Assembly (NCBI GenBank): GCA_964637955.1
Contig: CAZWXQ010000001.1
Coordinates: 118,993 to 182,992 of the forward strand
Direction: 5' to 3'
Source: an uncultured Gammaproteobacteria bacterium
Lineage (GTDB): Bacteria; Patescibacteriota; Microgenomatia; Levybacterales; UBA12049
Length of the DNA stretch: 64,000 nucleotides
Made by a program: the position numbers and the translations under genes. Shown here piece after piece: positions 57,290 through 64,000 of the stretch (the stretch's first letter is position 1; every line of letters begins with the position of its first letter). The notes under the pieces are model-generated. The model saw nothing but the letters and a program-made list of their open reading frames with translations, was not told the origin of the DNA and did no database searches.

Positions 57290-59038
57290 ATGAGCGAGAC
57301 ATCAGGTTCCGGAGTAAATTTTGTTCGTCAAAGCCCTGATTTGGTTGGTCCCGTTGAACAGCTCCCCAAGGGGGCTGTTTCTAGAGAGCTTGGAAAAATA
57401 ACTCACCGGGAAATTCTTGCAGCTTCGGAAAGACCTTTAGAAAAAGGTGGCACACGTATATTTTTACAGGTAAATGCTAAGGATGATAGGAGTAAGGATG
57501 CAACTGATTTGGGTGCTTTGGTTCCCGAATCAGCACAAATGGTACAAGATGGAGCTAAGGAGTCTCTAGATAAAATATTGGCAGGGATTCCTGAAGGTGA
57601 GAGAAAAGACGTAAAAATAGTTGTAATTGCTGGAGACCATACACTAGAGACTCCGGGAGGATTAAAAAGTCCCCATAAGAGAGCAGTTGAATCTGGAGAA
57701 AGAGTAATTACTGGACTTAGAAGTTCATTGTTTGAGCATCATCTTTTGGAAGAACAACTATTAAATAATTCAGCGGAGTCTGGTGCAGGTGGAAAACCTA
57801 TTGAAGTTACAGGCCTTCGGGACTTAGCCATGTTTGAGTCTCCGGAGTTTGTAAAGTTTATGACAGATAAATATGGAACTGATGGGACTGCATTATGGGA
57901 GGCATATGAAGCAGATGCCGACAAAGAAACAAGAATAGCAATGGGAGTAGAGGGTCCGGATGAAATAGCAGAAAGAGTAAATTACACAGTTTCGCTTCAA
58001 GCTCAGTTAGCAAAAGAATTCCATGAGCATAATCCGGGACAGAGGCTAATTGTTTGGGCAGTAGGATCTTATGATTCACTAAGTCCTTACATAAAAAGAA
58101 ATGTTCAAGGTGTAGATCCAGCAAAAAACTATCTAGGAATGGATAAGAGTGGAGGAATAGCTCTGGATATAGCTCCGGACGGCGGAATTTCTACCACTAT
58201 CCAAGGAAAAAAGTTGCCCATAAAATCTGTATTACCAAAAATCCCGGAAAATCCCGAAAAATTTCCAATTATTACTTCACAAGACATAAAGCTTGATCCA
58301 CCTGCAAATGGTACAACAATAGTTTTTCAAAGACATGCTAAATACCAACGAGAAGATGGTCCAGGTGTAGGAAGCTTAGTAGAAGGAGCATATGAAGAGC
58401 AGAGAGATTTAGTTCAAGGTATGGTGGGAAATTTATTTGATTCACTGGGAGATGATGCTGGTAAAACTGACTTTTTAGTATTAGGAAGCGATACTTTTTA
58501 CCGTGGTGGAGGACAAAGAAGTATGGAAACTGCTGCTGCGGCGCTTGAGGGGATTAGCATAGAAATAGAAAGTAGAGGTTTGAAATCAGTTATTTTAAAT
58601 AATCAAGAAGACGGCAAACCGAGACCCACGCCAAGTTTAAGAGAGCCTAATATGTTTACGGAGGCACCTGATTTTGTAAAGTTTATGGAAGAAAAATATC
58701 CTAAAGATTTTTGGAAATTCTACGAAGAAGATATTGAAAAAGAAATAAGAGAAAGTGTAGGAGCAGAAGGCCCTATTGAGCTTGGAGATAGGCTCGCAAA
58801 ATATGAAAGAGCTCTTGAGAGGTACTCCCGGTTTTACCACAAGAGCTACCCAGGGAGAAGGCTTGTCATTTGGGCAGCAACCCATTATGACACTATTAGC
58901 CCATATGTAAAAAATCATGTAATGAAAAAATCTGGGATACAACCAGTAGATTATGGAGGAGGAATTTCAATAAATATAGACTCTGAAGGAAGATCGAAGA
59001 CTAGTGTTGCGGGAGTAGATTACTTCTTACCTTCTTGA
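57290..59038 (+). CDS. Tandem-duplicated histidine-phosphatase-like protein
   Basis: Two homologous halves (MF.E.P.FVKFM..KY, G.EGP.E, PG.RL..WA...YD..SPY.K). The second has FQRHAK, the first FLQVNAK. Confidence 0.65.
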   Translation: MSETSGSGVNFVRQSPDLVGPVEQLPKGAVSRELGKITHREILAASERPLEKGGTRIFLQVNAKDDRSKDATDLGALVPESAQMVQDGAKESLDKILAGIPEGERKDVKIVVIAGDHTLETPGGLKSPHKRAVESGERVITGLRSSLFEHHLLEEQLLNNSAESGAGGKPIEVTGLRDLAMFESPEFVKFMTDKYGTDGTALWEAYEADADKETRIAMGVEGPDEIAERVNYTVSLQAQLAKEFHEHNPGQRLIVWAVGSYDSLSPYIKRNVQGVDPAKNYLGMDKSGGIALDIAPDGGISTTIQGKKLPIKSVLPKIPENPEKFPIITSQDIKLDPPANGTTIVFQRHAKYQREDGPGVGSLVEGAYEEQRDLVQGMVGNLFDSLGDDAGKTDFLVLGSDTFYRGGGQRSMETAAAALEGISIEIESRGLKSVILNNQEDGKPRPTPSLREPNMFTEAPDFVKFMEEKYPKDFWKFYEEDIEKEIRESVGAEGPIELGDRLAKYERALERYSRFYHKSYPGRRLVIWAATHYDTISPYVKNHVMKKSGIQPVDYGGGISINIDSEGRSKTSVAGVDYFLPS

Positions 59039-59586
59039 TATTTTTTGAGGAGAAAATCTGTGGCTTCTTGAACAGACTTAAATTCTGGAACACCTTTTTT
59101 CTTCCACTGCCTAATCCAATTTCTGTGCCATAAAACTCCAGAGAGCCTTTCCATAGTTGCACCTCCATCGTAATTTTCTTTTTCTCTGGTGGCAATATAT
59201 CTTTTATGAGTACTCCAGTTAGGAAGGACTATGGCATCTGGTGGAAGAAAATTGTTGGAAGCGCCTATCACCCAAAGTCCAAGAGATTTGGCCTGAATTG
59301 TAATTACATCGCTTCTTTGGTCAATGGTATCAATAACTCCACCGCCCCAAGTCCACCATTCACCTTTAGGATGAGCATTTGTTTTTTCCCAAAGAGTGTC
59401 ACCATCTATCCAATGTTTTTCTTTTTGTCTTTCAAGAAAATAGCTTTTTCCTGCCCCAGATGGAGCCATAATGAAATAACCTTGTGTATGTTTAATACTG
59501 TCCTTAATGAATGATTCGTATATATCTGTTCCATCAGAGAAGGCCAGGGGAGTCTTAAAATCCATTGTACCAAAGTGTACTGGCAT
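59020..59586 (-). CDS. P-loop-containing hypothetical protein
   Basis: FIMAPSGAGKS, WIDGD. Confidence 0.65.
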   Translation of the reverse strand: MPVHFGTMDFKTPLAFSDGTDIYESFIKDSIKHTQGYFIMAPSGAGKSYFLERQKEKHWIDGDTLWEKTNAHPKGEWWTWGGGVIDTIDQRSDVITIQAKSLGLWVIGASNNFLPPDAIVLPNWSTHKRYIATREKENYDGGATMERLSGVLWHRNWIRQWKKKGVPEFKSVQEATDFLLKKYQEGKK

Positions 59587-59671
59587 AAAGTAAATATAAC
59601 TTTTTTATTTAGGGAAAGCAATAATTATAGTCCGTATTTTTCGATATTGAACTTTTCTTCCAAAAGATTCT

Positions 59672-60562
59672 TCAAAAAGAAGTAATTTCGTCCAAAGGTT
59701 TTGTGTAATCTATAAATGCGGCAGAGCTTGTATTGAAATTGCTTATAGGTAAGACTTGTTTTCCAGGATAAACATATTTACGGAAAAAATCAGTTCCTTT
59801 TTGAAGAGTTACGCCTGAATGCGAATCTTCTTCGAAAAGAATTACTTGTTTTCCTTTACCTTCAGATTGTAAATACACAGCTTCTTCCTCTGACATCATA
59901 GGTCTAGCATCATTCTTTTTACTTCTTGAAAACCTTACAACATAAAGACTTGAGTCTTTGCGTTTGGTAATATCGGCATGTCTTAAAAATACATCCATTC
60001 CTGCAGCTGTAGCGCCTTGTCCTAAGGCAATTAGCATTAAGGAATCTTGTGGAAATCTAAATGCAAGGTTCATTGCCGTTTGGTAAGAATATTGCGGATC
60101 AGTCCCTATCCAGGTCGCTCGGTCATCTTTTTGATGTATGTCCCAAGCAAGTTCTTCGGGTGTAAGTGAAGATTTATATTTTTCAGCTTCGACAATTGCT
60201 TTCTCATAATCTTTCCTGTATGCAGCAAGTCCAATTCCTATTGCTCCCCGTACTCTTTCTACCTGTCCGGCGTGAGGATTTTCTACATTTTGATCTATGA
60301 TTCCTCTAATTAATACTTGCGGTAAAATAGCAATGCTTTTTAAATTACCAGCTCTATCAGGAGCTTTAATAGCTGAAATAAGGCTATCAATCGCAGATTC
60401 GGTAGTGCCATCAAATACCATCTCAGAACTTAGGTCTTCAAAGTTTGGTCTTGGAATTTGATCTAAAAACTGTTCATATGGAGAAATATGTAATTTACCG
60501 GTTCTAATTCTTTCACTAAACTGCTGAAATAATAAATCGTCGTTTACTGTTGCTTCACCCAT
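59672..60562 (-). CDS. Hypothetical protein with a PRTase-like C-terminus
   Basis: VILFEEDSHSGVTL resembles the PRPP-binding loop. Confidence 0.6.
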   Translation of the reverse strand: MGEATVNDDLLFQQFSERIRTGKLHISPYEQFLDQIPRPNFEDLSSEMVFDGTTESAIDSLISAIKAPDRAGNLKSIAILPQVLIRGIIDQNVENPHAGQVERVRGAIGIGLAAYRKDYEKAIVEAEKYKSSLTPEELAWDIHQKDDRATWIGTDPQYSYQTAMNLAFRFPQDSLMLIALGQGATAAGMDVFLRHADITKRKDSSLYVVRFSRSKKNDARPMMSEEEAVYLQSEGKGKQVILFEEDSHSGVTLQKGTDFFRKYVYPGKQVLPISNFNTSSAAFIDYTKPLDEITSF

Positions 60563-60650
60563 GAAATAATTATATCCAAAATTTTTAAATAAATGCTAAA
60601 TTCTTTACTCTATTTGTTTATTTCCTAGCAATTTAATATAATGCCTGCCT

Positions 60651-61340
60651 ATGGGTGAAGTATTGGCTCCTATTGACTTAGAGATGCAGCTTCATGCTGC
60701 TTTTTTAGAGCTTGAAATAACTCCTGAGCAAAAGACTTTAGCACTTGAGCTCCTTGCTCCACTAAAAGAAAAAGATGAAATTCATCGTGCGCATTATGAG
60801 CACAGTATAAGAGTAGGACTTTTAGCAAAAAGAATTGGTGGATACTTGAACTTAGATCAAAAAGCTTTGTTTTTTGCGGGAATTTTTCATGACTTGGGAA
60901 AAAGTGAGATTGATGATTCTCTTTTGGGAAAGACTGAAGCCTGGACAGAAGAAGATTATAGACAAATTCAAGAGCATCCAGTGATTGGCCACAAAATGCT
61001 TAAAGGAAAATTTGATTTTTCTGCAGATATAATCGTAAGACATCATAGGCATCAAGAAAAAAGATATCCAAAAAGATTACCAAAATATTTACATAATTAT
61101 TCTGCTGAGACGAAAGCCGAGATAGATGAATATGCAAGAATCCTTGCACTCGCAGACGTTTATGATGCACTTCATCGGGTGAATAGTAAATTTGGAGAAT
61201 TGAAAAGACTAAGCGATCAAGAAATATATGAGCAAATGATGATTCTTAATCCTGATAGAGTTGATCTCGTGCGTGAGCTTTATAGTGCGGGGATTTTCAT
61301 AAATTCAGATAGACTGAATCAACAAGCAGCTACTTTATAG
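60651..61340 (+). CDS. HD-GYP-like phosphohydrolase
   Basis: HSIRV, FHDLGK, HP..G, RHHRH, LADVYDAL. Confidence 0.85.
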   Translation: MGEVLAPIDLEMQLHAAFLELEITPEQKTLALELLAPLKEKDEIHRAHYEHSIRVGLLAKRIGGYLNLDQKALFFAGIFHDLGKSEIDDSLLGKTEAWTEEDYRQIQEHPVIGHKMLKGKFDFSADIIVRHHRHQEKRYPKRLPKYLHNYSAETKAEIDEYARILALADVYDALHRVNSKFGELKRLSDQEIYEQMMILNPDRVDLVRELYSAGIFINSDRLNQQAATL

Positions 61341-62291
61341 TCCATATTTTGAGATATTTGATTCGTGTTCGTCGAGAGTTTTGCCGTAATGATTTATCCC
61401 GTTTCCGTCAGTGATGTAGAAAAGATAATCTGTTTTTGAAGGATTAATAGCAGCTCTAATGCTCTCGATTCCAGGATTGCTTATGGGCGCTGGTGGAAGA
61501 CCCGCGACTTTATAAGTGTTATATGGAGAATTGATTTGTTTATCATCATTGGTTAGGCCTTGTTTCCACCATCTTTTTTCTGCTTTTTGATAGCCTAGGA
61601 TGTATTGAAGAGTGGCGTCGATATCAAGTTTCATTCCGATTCCAAGTCTGTTATTAATTACGCTTGATACGATAGGCCTGTCTTCGTCGTGTCTTGCCTC
61701 GCGTTCAATTAGAGATGCCAAAGTTACGATCTGAGTTTTTGTAAGTTTAGTTTTACTTGTATCAAGAGTCGCATACTTAGAATCGAAGTTATCTCGCATA
61801 GTTTTAACGATCATATCTATGTCAGCATCTTTCGGGAATGAATAAGTATCAGGGAATAAATATCCTTCGTTTTTTTCTAGCTCCGCATTCCAGCTCTCAT
61901 CATAATTCGGCATTTTATTTTCCAAAGTTTCAGCTATTTCTGCTGCACGCTGTCCTTCAGGAACAGTTACCCAAAGATCTTGTGTTCCGTGGGTAAACTC
62001 TGTGGCAATTTCAGCAGCTGACATATTCGGGATAAGTCTAAATTCTCCGGCCTGAATTTTACTATCTATCCCCATCTTTTTAGTTAAAAGAAAGAATGCA
62101 ACTTGGTCTTTAATAAGTCCCTGTTCTTTTAGGTTTTTGGAGACTGCTCGAATTCCCTGACCTGGCTGAATCACAAAAATTACAGGCTTATTATTATTTT
62201 TATTTACCGCAGATGTTCCATTGATCCACCAAGCTAGGGCAATTACAAAGAGAACAAGAAGAATTGCGACTGTGATGTAGATTCTCTTCAT
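61335..62291 (-). CDS. mltG: Endolytic transglycosylase MltG
   Basis: EGYLFPDTY, LASLIEREA, SPYNTY, GLPPAPISNPG. Confidence 0.95.
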   Translation of the reverse strand: MKRIYITVAILLVLFVIALAWWINGTSAVNKNNNKPVIFVIQPGQGIRAVSKNLKEQGLIKDQVAFFLLTKKMGIDSKIQAGEFRLIPNMSAAEIATEFTHGTQDLWVTVPEGQRAAEIAETLENKMPNYDESWNAELEKNEGYLFPDTYSFPKDADIDMIVKTMRDNFDSKYATLDTSKTKLTKTQIVTLASLIEREARHDEDRPIVSSVINNRLGIGMKLDIDATLQYILGYQKAEKRWWKQGLTNDDKQINSPYNTYKVAGLPPAPISNPGIESIRAAINPSKTDYLFYITDGNGINHYGKTLDEHESNISKYGL

Positions 62292-63562
62292 CGAATTGTT
62301 ACAAAAGGGAAATTCTCAATTGAGTCTTTTCCTTCCTTAAGATTATACACAGAATCAGAGTAAAATGTACAGATCGGTTCGTTCTTTACTACCTTTTCGC
62401 CAAGTTTCTTCCGAAGATAAATTCCAGCGGTTTTCATATCAGGAGCACCAAGAACTCTGGTAAGTTTTGATAAGTTTTTTATTTCAAACTCCATAACTTC
62501 GCCGCTTCCATGAGCTACGAAGTCAAAAGTATGTTTTCCAGGCTTTAGATCACTACTAGTTATTTTTGGATTCCCACCTTGGGCGTCAATAATTTCTTTA
62601 AATTTCGAAAGTGCTTCTCCAGATTTTAATATGTCCATTGCCCAGTTAAATCCATTTTTATGTTGATTCCTTACCTTTTCTCTGAGGGTCTTAGAACTGT
62701 CTGCGAGGCACAGTTCAAGAAGTGTTCCTGCCAAATTTATACTCCGAGCTTCCAGATCAAGGGCTCTGTTTGGATCTTGTTCAAGAACTAGCAGAGATTC
62801 TTTTGTTTCAAGAACTGGCCCAAGACCTCGTCCTGCTGGTTCTTCAGTTTTATGTACTAAGACTTCAATTTTTACCCCAAACTTTTTTGCCAAATTTTCA
62901 AATTTCCTCTTGAGAAGTTTTGCATCTGCTAAAGAGTGAACTTTGACAGTTTTTCCATAAGGAAGATCGATTACGACGTGAGTGCTCCCAAATGCGACTT
63001 TCTTAGCCATTATGGAAATTAAAATCTTGTCATATGATTCATATAGAAGTGCTTCTTCAACTTTTATAATAATGTCGTCAGCAGGAGCTATATTAAAACT
63101 TCCGCCCCAAACAATGCAGCCATTTGTTTTTTTAACGGTCGAGTAAATTTGTTCTTTGGTTAGATTTACCGGAGCCAAAACTTCAAAATCATCTGCTGTT
63201 CCTCCAGGTGTAGTTATAGCGCGCGATGAGCTTTTGGGAATTTTAAAGCCAGCAGCTGCTATGATTGGCACTACGATCATAGTAGTTCTTGTTCCAGGAA
63301 CACCTCCTATTGAGTGCTTGTCGGCTACGATTCCAGAAAACTCCAATTTTTCTCCTGTCTCAACCATTGCCTTCGTAAGAAAGTATATTTCTTCATCGGA
63401 AAAGCCTTTTGAAATTCCTGAGGCAGCAAAATAAGTCGTTAATATATCCCCAAGTTTTTTTTGGGAAATTTGATCCATGATGGCATAAATTTCTTTATAC
63501 TTTAGTTTTCGGCCAACCAGTTTGTCTTTTATAGCGCTTCTGGCTAAATCTTTTTCATCCAT
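62288..63562 (-). CDS. AMP/thymidine phosphorylase family (archaeal AMP-phosphorylase type)
   Basis: DKHSIGGVPG, KSSSRAITTPGGTAD, VWGG...APADD, SIMAKK, GLGPVLE. Confidence 0.88.
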   Translation of the reverse strand: MDEKDLARSAIKDKLVGRKLKYKEIYAIMDQISQKKLGDILTTYFAASGISKGFSDEEIYFLTKAMVETGEKLEFSGIVADKHSIGGVPGTRTTMIVVPIIAAAGFKIPKSSSRAITTPGGTADDFEVLAPVNLTKEQIYSTVKKTNGCIVWGGSFNIAPADDIIIKVEEALLYESYDKILISIMAKKVAFGSTHVVIDLPYGKTVKVHSLADAKLLKRKFENLAKKFGVKIEVLVHKTEEPAGRGLGPVLETKESLLVLEQDPNRALDLEARSINLAGTLLELCLADSSKTLREKVRNQHKNGFNWAMDILKSGEALSKFKEIIDAQGGNPKITSSDLKPGKHTFDFVAHGSGEVMEFEIKNLSKLTRVLGAPDMKTAGIYLRKKLGEKVVKNEPICTFYSDSVYNLKEGKDSIENFPFVTIR

Positions 63563-63672
63563 CCCGTTTAGAAGCAGATCGCGATCTGCTTGTCTCCTAA
63601 TTTATTGTTTTGTTATTATCATAGATTATCATTTTTCATTGCATATTAATTGTGATCGCGGCTTCTAACGGG
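63563..63672. mobile_element. 110-bp non-coding inverted-repeat element inserted at a start codon
   Basis: Ends CCCGTT(T)AGAAGC/GCTTCTAACGGG; 6-bp direct repeat ATGGAT (- strand) at 63557-63562 and 63673-63678. Confidence 0.85.
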
Positions 63673-63815
63673 ATCCATTTTTAACTTGATCAAATGCTCT
63701 CGCCACAGTGTTTTTTATAAGGTTTAGTAAAAAATAAAAAAATCCAGTTAAAAATCTATGAATTTTTGACCAAAAAACGTAAATATATTTTTGAGTATCA
63801 GTTCTTTCCATAATT

Positions 63816-64000
63816 TCAGAGTTCTTGAATCCTTGCTTTCAAAATCAGCCTTTTCCAGATAGTTCCTGGAGGAGTACAAGTAATAATTGTTATAAAACTA
63901 TCAGTAAAATTTTGTGCAAGAACAGATGTGTCTCCAGGATCTACCACAGTGACGCTTTCGATTTTATATCTATGTGTTTCATTTTTTATATTTACCAAGA
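63816..64000 (-). CDS. Sortase, C-terminal part (5' end outside the window)
   Basis: VVDPGDTSVL...ITIITCTPPGTIWKRL (TxxTC plus Arg). Confidence 0.85.
   Translation of the reverse strand, partial: LVNIKNETHRYKIESVTVVDPGDTSVLAQNFTDSFITIITCTPPGTIWKRLILKARIQEL

Noticed and set aside
1080-63434. Numerous 60-150 aa ORFs antisense to or nested in long genes (e.g. 3118-3558, 17440-17763, 52173-52514, 63156-63434)
   Set aside because: They are shadow frames of well-supported genes and have no motifs.
1-64000. CRISPR array, rRNA or tRNA genes
   Set aside because: No regularly spaced repeats or recognisable rRNA/tRNA sequences were found by eye.

Overview
AT-rich bacterial chromosome segment using the standard genetic code. 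The gene set and style (nusA-infB-DHH-like-rpsO-pnp, rnj, ftsK, mltG, an archaeal-type AMP phosphorylase, many orphan genes, apparently leaderless starts) suggest a Patescibacteria/CPR genome, probably Microgenomates-like; this is an inference. The region 2040-16802 is an integrated element of about 14.7 kb, bounded by a 36-bp direct repeat (35/36 identical). It carries a copper-resistance operon, a LexA switch, a ParB-methylase/TerS/TerL module with no recognisable capsid, portal or tail genes, Ltp, a large serine recombinase and a Schlafen/AlbA-like protein. The most striking signal is a pair of small insertion elements with CCCGTTAGA...TCTAACGGG inverted ends. Each sits exactly at a start codon and duplicates the first 6 nt of the host gene (ATGAAT, ATGGAT). 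One encodes a GIY-YIG nuclease that uses the host start codon and is coupled back to the host gene by an ATGA overlap; the other is a 110-bp non-coding hairpin. Other items worth checking are an orphan structured RNA candidate of about 300 nt, a 991-aa double metallophosphoesterase next to a beta-CASP nuclease, a PurB-HAD fusion, a protein with six LuxR-type HTH domains, and several families of short palindromic repeats. All product calls come from reading motifs by eye; no database searches were run.
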